From a virus: a stretch of DNA of 64,000 nucleotides. The stretch is from IMG/VR virus record IMGVR_UViG_3300036772_000294, positions 15,824 to 79,823 of that record; one strand, written 5' to 3'. The notes under the pieces are model-generated. The model saw only the letters and a list, made by a program, of their open reading frames with translations. It did not search any database and was not told the DNA's origin. This document shows positions 41,101 to 50,389 of this stretch, piece after piece. Within the stretch, counting starts at the first letter, position 1, and each line of letters opens with the position of its first letter. The position numbers were made by a program, and so were the translations under genes.

Positions 41101-42037
41101 CTTTAATGAAGGTGTCCCACAACACGTTGGTATGCTTCAGGAATGGCGCTTTTTCGGTCAGGATGCGATCGGCCAGTTCTTCGGGGTGTTTACGCAATAC
41201 CCAGACGTCTACCGCCGTGGAGGTGCCGTTATTCTCAAATGTCCCGGAGGGTAGCCGGTGCGCCCCCAAAAATTCGGCCTTACGAGAAACCTGCTCACGT
41301 AATTTTTTGTGCGTTGCGCCGGTCGTCATGCCAAAGGGTACGACGATGCAGATCATGCCGCCGGCTTTGACCTTATCGATAAGGCGCAGGATGAAATAAC
41401 GGCCAATGTTGCTTTCTTTGGCATACGCGGGATCGAGGTTGGCAAACTCGCCTCGGGAATTACCAAAAGGCACATTGCCCACACAGCTGTCATAAGTGCC
41501 GTCGGGCGTGCTGGCGGCCAGCCTTTCAAATGGAGAGGTGATTACGGTGTCTTCGGGATGGAGCAGCTGGTTGATACGGCTGGAGACGTCGCTTATCTCC
41601 GTGGCGGTCATAATAACCCCGGTTGGCTTGGTTTCGTGAAATACGCCGGTGCCGGAGGCGGGTTCTAAGGTGTTGCCGGTATCTGCGCCGTACCCAGCCA
41701 GGAGATCCCAAATTCCTTCCGCAACATATTGGGGAGTGTAATATTCATGCTCATTTGCACCGATCCCCCCCTCCCCTGTATACGCTGCCAGCACCTGCCT
41801 TTCTTCGTCGGTCAGGGTATCGCCTGGCGAGAATTTTCTAAGGAGCGCAACGGCTGCGGCGTTAGCTTCCTTTCGTTCTCTTTCGAGTGATCGTCCTTCA
41901 ATTTTCTCAACACCGAACTGTGCACTCTTGCGCCGTTGGGTAAACAGGTGCAGCACACTCAGTAGAGCGCCGACACTCGTAGCACGGTTAATTGCTTCCA
42001 CCGCGCGCCGCTTGTTGGGCTCAAAATCATCACTCAT
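35150..42037 (-). CDS. darB: DarB antirestriction protein (methyltransferase + SNF2 helicase)
   Basis: 2295 aa; LEPASGTG, GNVPFG, GTGTGKT, DEGH, QRNGRGAR. Confidence 0.93.
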   Translation of the reverse strand: MSDDFEPNKRRAVEAINRATSVGALLSVLHLFTQRRKSAQFGVEKIEGRSLERERKEANAAAVALLRKFSPGDTLTDEERQVLAAYTGEGGIGANEHEYYTPQYVAEGIWDLLAGYGADTGNTLEPASGTGVFHETKPTGVIMTATEISDVSSRINQLLHPEDTVITSPFERLAASTPDGTYDSCVGNVPFGNSRGEFANLDPAYAKESNIGRYFILRLIDKVKAGGMICIVVPFGMTTGATHKKLREQVSRKAEFLGAHRLPSGTFENNGTSTAVDVWVLRKHPEELADRILTEKAPFLKHTNVLWDTFIKGKWFDLDGKRFLHGTVVQGYRMSVQNDQIKPAGIKAKLAQRFDSRILWDEFELVEPMVERYAEGDDRLINDVWYRFENERWVINDARGVSDITEAKYGAASYDELAGQLKDCSATLGKPFDHILAAWQTFPALFDANLSQAMALAQSQPVELRERIFRGSLIGVQIATLQDAQSNKLRPDYIEPLRADVARLVAREVSRFGAATGKVSGIRGNHAKNWLKFAASTDLDGNLSALLKGQLDIGGTITHNTADHVQVVSHLFSQIDLDPITLEAFRQHFTGELPEDDNEALSALAHVEGIAITASGDLMPMDRATSGDISALTSSLNGALAVIDNEAIRQNYLRQLVEVRRRRKWTEVDDLDFNLNARWFDRSLVLEYLTEQGYDKLSYTGDVTVDDNGIMNADRDYHGRQGVFSGYRYGTVVSRDKTNGIMKSSYKRVKQKDAFLEQLENYLNGNKPRGVYAADYMARIKVLEAGFNDWIRQHDEIDNLVQEYNDTFNGHIPFEYSDAPLGLKGISGRVIPAAHQNSAARRASEDGRGILGHGTGTGKTVTMMATEAFNFENGRAKRTATVVPKAVYENWFHEAHNFYSAEALSTMFFVGLDVISDENGQPQRVPVLDDEGKPRVNQHTGEEEYRLNVKLVDGDTVKQRMHLIPQSNYRMVVMTKEQYAKIPMKEETIRDHAYDVLYNAAEAGRVNLDGTKHRDANAKSRILAKASDTGTAKEHDYPYFEDMAFDNVIVDEGHNYRNSYAAGREAGQLAYLPSPSVAQSARDMAVKNAYMLSKNNGRGVLLGTATPAVNSPIDAFNMLSHVMTMEEWGKLGIQTPDDFVKVFGATDTVLVQKLSGEVEEKEGLVGFQNLSGLRGIFHRWVDLKSVKDVSDSVKIPDLEEHTVEAPMTGAQAAIYEELRQRAEALSNQNGPKADAEESRDAHGHLIEKDSIFAIIRDMDRVCTDLDLYRRQMTFRLPAQYETAIRGLAEALPAKTKAVSEDSDETYDVEAQVSIALRGEVIELVVPEDYEGEVMKRLSAFKIDASAVSHPIMPKYSALIEKVKRGYEEGGKQIIFTDEKSQHEKLARILCAELGIDASEIGIINAASVAAAGKGKKKLKAVKPPREPKEDATEAEMEAYYTQKLAYEDYIAQSGELSLTGIESIAADYNEGRKRILICNKKAEVGINLHHGTTDIHHLTLPWTPASIDQRNGRGARTGSKQSKVRVHYYAGKGSFDEFRLSTLKRKKEWITTLFTSDEARMANADASDAADMSLLLAANPEERACRNAEMMEEAKTKAMAAAQKRAGIDLQNYIKASHAAKGDMDTLLADIEKQKQVFERDQARIEEVQNEMAQGQADYDAAMIEVRSESPVGYRYRVDAENAAFRMRNAKESLEKASKSINKAQAVLRKMERKVERQKKSESEIKRLRPTISKAIEAGLIEVPARILDRASEFYISKNGQFSTGETFAYDVARGIQSDAALCRIESIDFDSGIAELSQIYAPGTDRAGANRKVKTHVDNLRKRVTVSESEVSLRQWMMSGVWAKAISERLSKSQFQKYLADGSLTLNDKAIPFYDGDEINVRAGTTSSYSSRTQNIDAGWFKSNSMKIIYPDPTDDVLKTRLANWLREAEPTLTNKLKFAGETFIQAVMGENWKVVMESYGEQASESEIALFISDTLAMMRADDSLAKLISGANERDVIYLIANDRLPEQRGADFGYQARKRIPGRFANKGDFNAAIESMVNQLSAQAIDDCRNAVNQYGLRWMEEFESNLTVIDPGIVERLQRAMQRTESSGYAVVSGYQRTAAKYGEPLASMLNGSRYFADMVFAGLFAKSAVTAKMLATKNAYDVAMREVVEKLKAINAGGAEDFLNDIRLKIGLISPEELEAAKAKVEAAQTAAEEVDVSIDDLGLSVKKNTTRIRAKWGINFSEGGCYGIQDSRGKSGSLFKAKDELKDRFNAKYYNGRNAGEEFEGSWWLVSSSNNIEDVLSVIKSHA

Positions 42038-42076
42038 TTACTACTCTCCTGTCTCTCTATTGTACACTTCGCGCAG

Positions 42077-42099
42077 TTATCCTAAAAAGTGGGTTTATT
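42077..42099 (+). promoter_or_regulatory. 23-bp operator motif between the divergent darB and prt genes
   Basis: TTATCCTAAAAAGTGGGTTTATT. Confidence 0.75.
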
Positions 42100-42116
42100 C
42101 TAGAGGATTGTTAAGG

Positions 42117-43787
42117 ATGAGTAAGACCAAAAGGCGCACAGGCTCGTTGATGGGGGCGTTACAGCAGCTCTTTACGGGTTCTCATGCCGTCGACGCGCAC
42201 GACTATGGTGCAGGTTATGAACAAGGCGGCGGCGGTGCATCCTTTCAGACTCAGGCACCTTCACAATTAACCGATGACGGCATGGCAATGTTGTCGGCGG
42301 CCAGCACCGTTCAGGGAGAAGCAAAATTGCCGACGGCGCGCCGGCAAAAGCTCGCCGTCCTGGAAGAAATGGGAGAATACGGCACGCTTGCCTCTGCTAT
42401 TGATATTCACCTGGCGCATGCCCTGTCCGTAGACAAACAAACCGGTACGATTTTCCAGATCAAACCTCGCGCCCAGGGTGACGGGCAGATTTCCGCGGCT
42501 GACCGCGAGCTTGCCAGCATGCTGATGGGGGAACTCGGCGAGCCTATCAATGAATATCTGCCCAGCTGGATGCGGCCAACCGCAGTATTCGGCGTGAGCT
42601 ATGTACGACCTTACGCAGAACATGGCCTGGGCATTAAGAGCTATGAGAGCTCTTATTACACCCTCCCCCACCATGTTCGCGAGTACGTGCGCGGCGGCGA
42701 CCTGGCGGGCTTCACGAATGAATATTTCTATAAGCCAGACCATAACGGGATTCTATTAGCGGCCCCCTGGGAGCTCATCCCTATCAAAATCCCTTACTGG
42801 TCGCCTTCGGCAAGTCAGGTCCCAATTGGGCGCGGTACACAGCGCTATTCTCTCCTTCAGGAACCGGCAGAACGCACGCCAATCGAAACACAGAACTATG
42901 GCACCAGCCTTATAGAAAACTGTTACGAGCCCTGGTCCAATCTGAGACAGTCGATTAACGCACTGAAGGCCAGCCGCGCAAACGCCAGCCGTATCGACCG
43001 CATACTTGGCGTCCAGACCTCCCAACTCGACCCGGACCGCGCCGCGTCCTACACGCGCAACATCAACAACATTCTGAAAGATGATGCGGAGTACATGAGC
43101 CGACGCGCGCGGCAACAAGGCGTGACTCCCACGGTTGTGAACAGCGTGATCCCGATTATGGGTGACGGCAAAGGCGCGATGACAATCGATACCCAGATGA
43201 TCGGGGCTGATATCGCGCACATTGAAGATATTATGTTCCACATGAAGCAGCTGTGTAGCTCCGCGGGTATTGATGCCTCCATGCTCGGGTTTTCTGACAT
43301 GCTGGCCGGGGGCCTCGGCGAAGGTGGATTTTTCAGAACCGCGATTCAGGCCGCAATGCGTGCGCAGTGGTTGCGCTTTGCCGCTCAGACAGCAATTTAT
43401 CGCAGTATTGATCTGCACCTGGCTTATAAAACAGGCAAGGTGTATCCCGCGCAATCACGTCCCTATTACCTGGAATTCAACTCCCTTAATACCGCGATTC
43501 AGGAAGAAGAAAACTCCGCCCGTGAAAGCCAGGCTAACTTTGCATCAATGGTCGTCACCGTCCTGGATCAGATGCAGAACGGGCAGCTGGCCCATTCGAA
43601 AACGCTAAAAGAAATCGTGCTGGGTAAGCAATTCAAATTCTCTGACAGTGAGGTACAAAACGTCATTAAAGAGCTCGCTGAAGCTCTACAGAAATCCGAT
43701 ACCGAAAACGATATGTACGAGTCGTTACGCAGGCTACCAGCCTCTGATGTGGAAGAAATGCTGCTCGAAGCATTCCGACAAAAATAA
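42117..43787 (+). CDS. prt: portal protein
   Basis: Divergent from darB as in P1; YG.SL, GGLGEGGFF motifs; ATG 42117. Confidence 0.88.
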   Translation: MSKTKRRTGSLMGALQQLFTGSHAVDAHDYGAGYEQGGGGASFQTQAPSQLTDDGMAMLSAASTVQGEAKLPTARRQKLAVLEEMGEYGTLASAIDIHLAHALSVDKQTGTIFQIKPRAQGDGQISAADRELASMLMGELGEPINEYLPSWMRPTAVFGVSYVRPYAEHGLGIKSYESSYYTLPHHVREYVRGGDLAGFTNEYFYKPDHNGILLAAPWELIPIKIPYWSPSASQVPIGRGTQRYSLLQEPAERTPIETQNYGTSLIENCYEPWSNLRQSINALKASRANASRIDRILGVQTSQLDPDRAASYTRNINNILKDDAEYMSRRARQQGVTPTVVNSVIPIMGDGKGAMTIDTQMIGADIAHIEDIMFHMKQLCSSAGIDASMLGFSDMLAGGLGEGGFFRTAIQAAMRAQWLRFAAQTAIYRSIDLHLAYKTGKVYPAQSRPYYLEFNSLNTAIQEEENSARESQANFASMVVTVLDQMQNGQLAHSKTLKEIVLGKQFKFSDSEVQNVIKELAEALQKSDTENDMYESLRRLPASDVEEMLLEAFRQK

Positions 43788-43839
43788 CCCGCCCTCCCCT
43801 GTTTCGATCAGCTGCGCGAGCCGATGGAGATAACAGAGC

Positions 43840-44868
43840 ATGAAATACGATTCGCTGGAGACTGTTACTGACCGTTTCAGCATTTTCCGTAACGCACGGA
43901 CGACCAGAGAAAATGGACGCAATTACATTATTGTCTCAATTAAGAACACCCTGGCTTCGGAGGCTGTGCAGGAAGGGATACGCCTGGGCGAACTGTTTGG
44001 ATTCTGGGGCCACCAGCGCCGGGAGTTAAACGGCAAGCTGGATGTGCCCGAAGAATCAATCATCATGGTCGACGGCAAACCCGTTCTGACGCAAAACGTA
44101 CCGTCCAACCGCACCGTCAATATTGAAATCGACGACGATGGCGTGATCTCTCATTCGGAGGAAATCCTCAAGACTGACCCCGGTAATATTGTCAGCAGCA
44201 TGATCGCGTCCAGAGCTGGTGGCTGGAGCTGGGCAACCGGCGGCCCGGACACGACCCGCGCCTCAGTGGTTCGACGCTTCAAAGGGTGTGATTACGTTCT
44301 GCAGCCCAACTACATCAGTCTGGACCACCCGGCGATGATGCTGGAGTCCGTGCATGATCGCCACCAGCTAATGCTCGAGTCGTTAAGGAGCAAAGGTTAT
44401 TCTGAGCAGGGAGCTCAAACCATCATCGAGCACTTTGAAGCGATGGGCGACACCCATGAACAGCTGGCCATTGTTCAGGATGATGTTTTGCTGCTTGAGG
44501 GGCTGCTTTCTCATGAACGGAGCCAGTCAGTCGAGATCCGCCTGGCTAACGAAGAGCTTACCCGCCTAAACGGCGAACTCGATGCGCTCCAGCGCAATCG
44601 GGAAATGCTCATGACAGAGGTGCTTCAGCGCATGCCGGTGCATGCTACTGAAGAGCAGCGCGAGGCGTTCCTTAATCCGAAGACGAAGGCAGATGCCGAG
44701 CTGGTGACAATGATGTTTGAATCCATCATGAAGACGGATTTCACGCAGTTGCCGGGTAAACATGCCGGACAATCCCGCGTCTACGTACCGTCACATTTTG
44801 AACAGTCAAAAGTGAAACCATCTCGCGTCGTTACTTTTGGCAATTCTGAAGTGCCGAAGTTTGATTAA
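43840..44868 (+). CDS. pro: head processing protease
   Basis: GH..R, GGWSWA, DYVLQPNY; MLES cleavage-type motifs; follows prt. Confidence 0.88.
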   Translation: MKYDSLETVTDRFSIFRNARTTRENGRNYIIVSIKNTLASEAVQEGIRLGELFGFWGHQRRELNGKLDVPEESIIMVDGKPVLTQNVPSNRTVNIEIDDDGVISHSEEILKTDPGNIVSSMIASRAGGWSWATGGPDTTRASVVRRFKGCDYVLQPNYISLDHPAMMLESVHDRHQLMLESLRSKGYSEQGAQTIIEHFEAMGDTHEQLAIVQDDVLLLEGLLSHERSQSVEIRLANEELTRLNGELDALQRNREMLMTEVLQRMPVHATEEQREAFLNPKTKADAELVTMMFESIMKTDFTQLPGKHAGQSRVYVPSHFEQSKVKPSRVVTFGNSEVPKFD

Positions 44869-45010
44869 TGCTGTTGAGGGCGAGGTAGTCGCTTCGCCCT
44901 TACTCTCCCCATTCGTAACCCCTCTCACACTACGAATATTCACCCATAGCCCACAGCGTGAAATGCCGATAAGATGTTAAGTAACAAGGCAATTATTCCA
45001 GGAGCAAGAA

Positions 45011-45805
45011 ATGGATATTCGAGAATTTCTTCAGGTTTTTAACAACAAAATGACCCCTTCCGTCTACAGATTGGATTATGCAGACGCCCTTAACCATGAC
45101 ATGTATACAACCTATATCGAACCTTATCCGGGTGCATTCCATCTTTTTCAGAGCTATGAAAATGGAGTTGTAAAAACAAAGAAATGGAGTGATTACGACA
45201 ATGACTATTCGACCCATAGCATATTGAAAGCTGACGATCTTAAAGCTGAAAATTTCTCCGGGGCGTATATGTATAAAGCGCACACTCTTTCTTTCTCTTC
45301 ACTCAAAGACCTCTCACCCTGGAAAATTAAGCGGTTCAGGCTAACCGCATCTTTGGATAATTTGGTTGATGGCCGCATTAAGTATGCCAAGCGCAGATTA
45401 CGACAAACAACTCAGGATGGAATGATTATCCTGAATGCTGTGACACAGCGTTATTTAGCTCACGGTGGTGAAGGTGGGGTACACATAGCAGCGATTCTTT
45501 ATGATGTCCGCCCCGTGCTGGATTTTCGCAATGGCAACTGGCCTGCGGTTCAACGGGAAGTTAACCTCATTCTAAACGGCTTCGTTAGCAGCGGCGAGCT
45601 TCGTAAAGGAGATAAATCTACGTATATACCGGAAGGGAAGGCGATTCTGACACAAAATCTCTACCTCAAAGAATTAGATAAATATAAGGAGTCTACTCGG
45701 CTCCAGAGGAAGATGTTTTGGGTTACCTTTTTTGCCGCCATATCAGCACTAGGAAGCGCATTAGCAGCATTAGCGCCATACCTCACAAAATTAATGCATC
45801 AGTGA
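45011..45805 (+). CDS. hypothetical protein with a C-terminal TM (moron)
   Basis: 264 aa; AGGAG SD; hydrophobic C-terminus. Confidence 0.75.
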   Translation: MDIREFLQVFNNKMTPSVYRLDYADALNHDMYTTYIEPYPGAFHLFQSYENGVVKTKKWSDYDNDYSTHSILKADDLKAENFSGAYMYKAHTLSFSSLKDLSPWKIKRFRLTASLDNLVDGRIKYAKRRLRQTTQDGMIILNAVTQRYLAHGGEGGVHIAAILYDVRPVLDFRNGNWPAVQREVNLILNGFVSSGELRKGDKSTYIPEGKAILTQNLYLKELDKYKESTRLQRKMFWVTFFAAISALGSALAALAPYLTKLMHQ

Positions 45806-46045
45806 GCCCTCACTGCGTGTGTCACGTCCAACGCGCATTAATCAGGGGAAGCAGCTTCCCCGCTAGCAACACAAAACTCGCCACCCGGTGCATAAATTAC
45901 ACGGTTCGTAGAGTTAGAAGGTGCCAAAGGTTATTTTATCGGCTAGAATACAAACATATAAACATATTGTCATAAGTAATACTTTTGCACTTGCACAAGT
46001 GACACCTATGCCTCTATGCTAACGTTATGTTTGTAATACTTTCTC

Positions 46046-46693
46046 ATGGAGAGTCAGATGATAACTATCATAGGTTGCAACAAAGGCGGCGCAGCCAAAA
46101 CGACGACCGCTGTTAACGTTGCTGTAGGCCTGGCTTTGCGCGGGCATGACGTTTGCCTTGTCGATGCCGATCCCCAACGCTCTTCTTCACAATGGTATGC
46201 AGACCGCGAAGAGGCCGGAATTAAACCAGCAATCACTCTCATCGAAAAACGCGATAATATTACCCAGACCTTGCGGAATTTAGATGAGAAATATGATCAT
46301 GTTATCGTTGACGTGTCTGGCCGGAACAGCCGGGAATTATTAACGGGTGGTACAGTGGCGCATCAAATTATCGCCCCTCACCAGAGCTCCCAGCTCGATT
46401 TAAACACCCTCGTTGAGCTTCAAAATCAGATGCAAGGCTGGCATGACTTTAACCCTGACCTGAAGGTATTCGTTTATCAGTCAATGGCAACAACCAACCC
46501 AATACTTCAGGGCACCGAGCGCAAGGAGTTTCTGGACTTTGTGGCCGAGTTTGAAGGCATGCAACCACTGGAATCAGTAGCCTGTTACCGCAAGGTGTAC
46601 CGTGATGTCATGTCCGAGGGGAAATCTGTACTCGAAACAACTAACCAGAAAGCGATTAGCGAAGTTACCAGCTTGCTGGATGAGGTATTCTGA
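46046..46693 (+). CDS. parA: type Ib ParA ATPase
   Basis: KGGAAKTT deviant Walker A; VDADPQ; no N-terminal HTH. Confidence 0.92.
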   Translation: MESQMITIIGCNKGGAAKTTTAVNVAVGLALRGHDVCLVDADPQRSSSQWYADREEAGIKPAITLIEKRDNITQTLRNLDEKYDHVIVDVSGRNSRELLTGGTVAHQIIAPHQSSQLDLNTLVELQNQMQGWHDFNPDLKVFVYQSMATTNPILQGTERKEFLDFVAEFEGMQPLESVACYRKVYRDVMSEGKSVLETTNQKAISEVTSLLDEVF

Positions 46694-47010
46694 TGGCACT
46701 AAAAAAACCAAGTCAACGACCGCCGATTACGCCTGAGCAGGCCGATGCCTTTGCCAATCAATTTGCTGATAGACCTTACGCCGGTATAGCGGCAGAAACA
46801 CCCGCTCCCACTCCACCAGCACAGCCAACAAAAGTAGCTAAGGTTGCAGCTGAAGAGAAATTGGTCAGGACGACAATGACAATTCCTCCGGCACTGCTGG
46901 AAAGAACTGAAGATCTGGCGATCAGAAATAAGCGTTCGGGTATTGAGCCTAAAAACGTCAGCGCCATCGTACGTGCAGCCCTGGAAGAGTATCTGGCGAA
47001 GCACGAATAA
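46693..47010 (+). CDS. RHH centromere-binding protein (ParG-like)
   Basis: Flexible N-terminus; VRTTMTIP...NVSAIVRAALEEYL. Confidence 0.82.
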   Translation: MALKKPSQRPPITPEQADAFANQFADRPYAGIAAETPAPTPPAQPTKVAKVAAEEKLVRTTMTIPPALLERTEDLAIRNKRSGIEPKNVSAIVRAALEEYLAKHE

Positions 47011-47100
47011 TAACTCTCTAAGAGAGTGCTACTCAAAAAGACCGGCCACTCCGGTCTTTTTTATTTCAAGAGGTCGGCAGGTTTACTCAACACCGGATAA

Positions 47101-47373
47101 TCACGCCCTGCGAATAAATTTGAACACAAGAGAGTAGCCATTTTTGGTTCTGGGGATTAGGTCTGTTGCTTCGCCGACTTTGAGCTCCTCCCCTCCTGCT
47201 TTTGCTATTTGAGTTGCCCGGAAGGTTGGCGTACATGCCCCTTGACCAAACACTTTGTTAACCTCCCCCGCACTGCTGAAAGTTGCAAATGGGCCTCCGC
47301 TGCTTGCCACTTCAACCGTATACCGTCGCTTCTTCATTTCTGCTGCCAAAATTGGCTCATAAAGATTGGTCAT
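47101..47373 (-). CDS. hypothetical protein
   Basis: 90 aa with AGGGG SD. Confidence 0.55.
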   Translation of the reverse strand: MTNLYEPILAAEMKKRRYTVEVASSGGPFATFSSAGEVNKVFGQGACTPTFRATQIAKAGGEELKVGEATDLIPRTKNGYSLVFKFIRRA

Positions 47374-47569
47374 TTTTTCCCCTGAGTTGAGTTTGTATCA
47401 TCATTCAAAGATGCCTCTCTATGATAGAAAAGATAGTGCTGATATCAAGAAAGGTATTACTTTCATACGGGCATAAATACATACTTTCATACATAACGAA
47501 TGAGGTTGCATACTCAGAAATGACAAAGCCACCCTTACGGTGGCTTTGTTACATCATGTTATGGCAGAA

Positions 47570-47920
47570 CTAAGCGGCTTCGCTGCTACTTTCAGCCTGC
47601 TTGTCTTTCTTTGCCATCATTTCATCTAGTGTGATTATTCTACTGATTTCTTCCTGGGTCCGCGTGTCGTTTTGAACTTCCCATATATCAACATTCGCTT
47701 GTAGATTTAGCCAAAACTCAACACTCGTATCAAACGCTCTTGCGAGCCTAAAGGCCATATCGGTAGTGAGCTTGCAGTTGTTGTTTACAAGTTTACTTAC
47801 GGTATTCCTGTGAACTTGCAGCATCTCTGCAAGCTCATTGATTTTAATGCCGGTCGGCTCAAGGTATTCGTATAACACTACATCACCAACAGACGTGGGT
47901 TTACGTTGTGCCTGGACCAT
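47570..47920 (-). CDS. higA: HigA (VapI-type) antitoxin
   Basis: EYLEP.G....LA..L.V.R..VS.L.N...T.DMA.RLA.AF.TS.EFWLNLQ. Confidence 0.9.
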   Translation of the reverse strand: MVQAQRKPTSVGDVVLYEYLEPTGIKINELAEMLQVHRNTVSKLVNNNCKLTTDMAFRLARAFDTSVEFWLNLQANVDIWEVQNDTRTQEEISRIITLDEMMAKKDKQAESSSEAA

Positions 47921-48114
47921 GTACTTCCTCTCTATAGTATCTTTGTTCAAAACACCCTTGAAAGGGGGTTCTGAAGACAGGCTATCAGCCTCTAGCAAAA
48001 GCCATGCGGCTTTGCGGTTATGCAACCTAATGATGCAGTCGTAGGGACTAGTCATCTGCCTGACAATGCTGCCAGGTCTTTAAGGTCTGGCCCCGCTAAG
48101 GGCCAGACTTTATC

Positions 48115-48429
48115 TTATCTGTGCTTCTTATACCCGTGGTCATCAAGGTACAAGTCACTCGCTTTTCCGTCCTTCCAGATGAAAATCAATCTGTACTGGT
48201 CATTCACCCTTATGGATGAATATTCGCCCAATGGAGGGTTAAGCTCTTCGTAACGATTTGCAGGTGGAGATCGCAAATCTTTGTAGGTCGTTGCTGCGTT
48301 AATCAGGTCAAGCTTTCTGGATAAAACACTATGTATATCAGTTGGAATCTTTTTGTTGTGCTTGGCATACAAGAAAAAGTCCTCGAGCCATGACTCCCTG
48401 AAGCTATCAATGCTTCGCTTTCTATCCAT
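48115..48429 (-). CDS. higB: HigB (RelE-like) toxin
   Basis: DLRSPPANR.E.L....YSIRVNDQYRLIF.W. Confidence 0.9.
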   Translation of the reverse strand: MDRKRSIDSFRESWLEDFFLYAKHNKKIPTDIHSVLSRKLDLINAATTYKDLRSPPANRYEELNPPLGEYSSIRVNDQYRLIFIWKDGKASDLYLDDHGYKKHR

Positions 48430-48789
48430 TCATGACGCCCTTCCTCCTCTGTTATTCGATGCGGTAACTATATCACTGCACACTCGCACTGTGCAAGGGT
48501 GCGAATTGAATAATCGAAACTCGCAGATTCTTTGACTGCTACTGCTTTTACCATAAGTAATACTTTTGCATTTTCCTATAAGCATATATTTGTATTTCTG
48601 CCTTCGATACAGATACCTTTGACCGGCGCTGTGCCAGTCGTTTATGCCCCCTCCTCTCACTCTCAACTGTCCTGAGCATCACCAAAACCCACCGAATATC
48701 ACTATTTACATTAAAATATAACTAATTATATTGCATGGCGATCTAATTTAGTTATAATTCTTCTTGTCATCCAACGCGAGGGAATCGAA

Positions 48790-49053
48790 GTGCCGGAGAT
48801 ATCATGGTCAAAGGCGGCAAGGAAACAGCTTCTCCGCATAGATAGCCGCTACCGCGAGGCAGTTTTTGAAAAGGTTAGCGAGCTAGTGTACTTCCCCGAT
48901 GTGCAACTAGATTTAAAGAAGCTGGAAGGCAGTAAAAAAAAGGAATATCGGGTGAGGGTGGGAGTTTACCGGGTGTTGTTCACTGTGATAGACGGCAACC
49001 CAACAATAATCGAGATTGACGAGGTAGCGCGCAGACAATCAAAAACATACTAA
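48790..49053 (+). CDS. relE: RelE/ParE-family toxin
   Basis: I.WS..A.KQL...KKL.G....YR.RVG.YRVLF. Confidence 0.88.
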   Translation: MPEISWSKAARKQLLRIDSRYREAVFEKVSELVYFPDVQLDLKKLEGSKKKEYRVRVGVYRVLFTVIDGNPTIIEIDEVARRQSKTY

Positions 49054-49155
49054 GGCGAGGCGGGGCAACCCGCCTTCTCCGAGGGATTAGACCAACTAAT
49101 CCCGACCAAAGAAATTAGCCCATCTAATTTCTAATATTTGCGAGAACCCGTGAGA

Positions 49156-49530
49156 ATGAGAAACATACAATTTTTGACCGACGAAAACGGCGCTCGCCAG
49201 TCAGCCGTTATACCGATTGACCTGTTTAACAAACTGATAGCAGCAGCAGACCTGGACGAATTTTATGAGCCTGTGGCATACGTGCCAGGCCCTGACGACG
49301 ACGAAACAATCCCTCATGAAGTATTAGGGTTCCAGATTAAAAAGGGCGTGACCTTACAGGCCGCCTGGCGCATGTATCGTGGTATGTCTCAAGAAGCCGT
49401 AGCAGAAGCGCTCGGCATCTCCCAGGCGGGCGTAGCAAACATGGAGAAGCGCGCAAAACCACAACGCGCAACCCTGGATAAGCTCGCGAAACTGTATGAT
49501 TGCCGCGCTACCCAGCTCATAGACGACTAA
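49156..49530 (+). CDS. XRE-HTH antitoxin
   Basis: IQFL.D..G....AVIP N-terminus; AWR..RG.SQ..VA..LGISQ HTH; follows relE. Confidence 0.85.
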   Translation: MRNIQFLTDENGARQSAVIPIDLFNKLIAAADLDEFYEPVAYVPGPDDDETIPHEVLGFQIKKGVTLQAAWRMYRGMSQEAVAEALGISQAGVANMEKRAKPQRATLDKLAKLYDCRATQLIDD

Positions 49531-49606
49531 AAACACGAAGCCCGCGAAAGCGGGCTTTTTTGTGATACTTGCATAGATACAAAAATAATACTTATGTGCG
49601 TGCTAC

Positions 49607-50302
49607 TTAAAATGATGGAGGAAAGCGTTTAGTCGGATCTTTATGAACGTTGGCAGTTATGGCTTGATTGAAATCATTCACCTGTATAACCCGAAGGTTT
49701 GCGCCAAGCGTCCGAGTCTTGTACGCAACGTAATCGGTATAATTGGCGTAGTTCGGATCGCCGGCAAGTGTCAGCGCCTTGTAGAAAAGCGTATTGACCG
49801 CACGGATATTCATAAGCGCTGGAGGGTTTTCTAAATTCCGCTCAAGCGTGCGAAGGATACCGAATGCCTTGTTAGTGCTACTGGTGATATCAGCTAACGC
49901 TATATACATACTCAAAGCATTCCAAAGCCGCTTCATTATTGGGTCAAAATTCTGAACACGCCCACCAGCGCCAGGGCCTGGGCCTCCACCATTTACTCCG
50001 CCCCGGTTATGTTGCGACAAAGGGTTAAAAATCGGCACCGCATCCTGACCGGAAAGTTCCAACCAATGCTCTGCTATGTCATAGCCGCACAGGAAGCTAC
50101 CAAAGTTACCCGTAGACCTCTCCTTAAACTCAAAGCAGTAATACTCCCTGGTTAATGGCTGGCCGAGGTAATTTTTTTTCTCTTGGTTAGGCAGCAAATA
50201 AATGTGGGATATCGCTTCAACTTCAAAATATTTATGCGCTTCCACCCTCACATCTGGTCCAATTTTGCAGTAAATCTCAGGCCATTTCATATAGTGGGCC
50301 AT
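49607..50302 (-). CDS. hypothetical protein (moron)
   Basis: 231 aa; Gly-rich linker; AAGGG SD. Confidence 0.7.
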   Translation of the reverse strand: MAHYMKWPEIYCKIGPDVRVEAHKYFEVEAISHIYLLPNQEKKNYLGQPLTREYYCFEFKERSTGNFGSFLCGYDIAEHWLELSGQDAVPIFNPLSQHNRGGVNGGGPGPGAGGRVQNFDPIMKRLWNALSMYIALADITSSTNKAFGILRTLERNLENPPALMNIRAVNTLFYKALTLAGDPNYANYTDYVAYKTRTLGANLRVIQVNDFNQAITANVHKDPTKRFPPSF

Positions 50303-50389
50303 ACATTTTTCCCTTATGAATCAATCAATATTGCAATCCATATGAAAATACAAATATATTACATATATAAATAATACTTTTGTATTAAA

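Noticed and set aside
35156-41841. Many plus-strand ORFs inside darB (and similar antisense ORFs elsewhere)
   Set aside because: Shadow ORFs of a long real gene, with no motifs or SDs.
41928-42116. N-terminal extension of the portal in the ORF track
   Set aside because: Overlaps the darB start and the operator; true start is likely ATG 42117.
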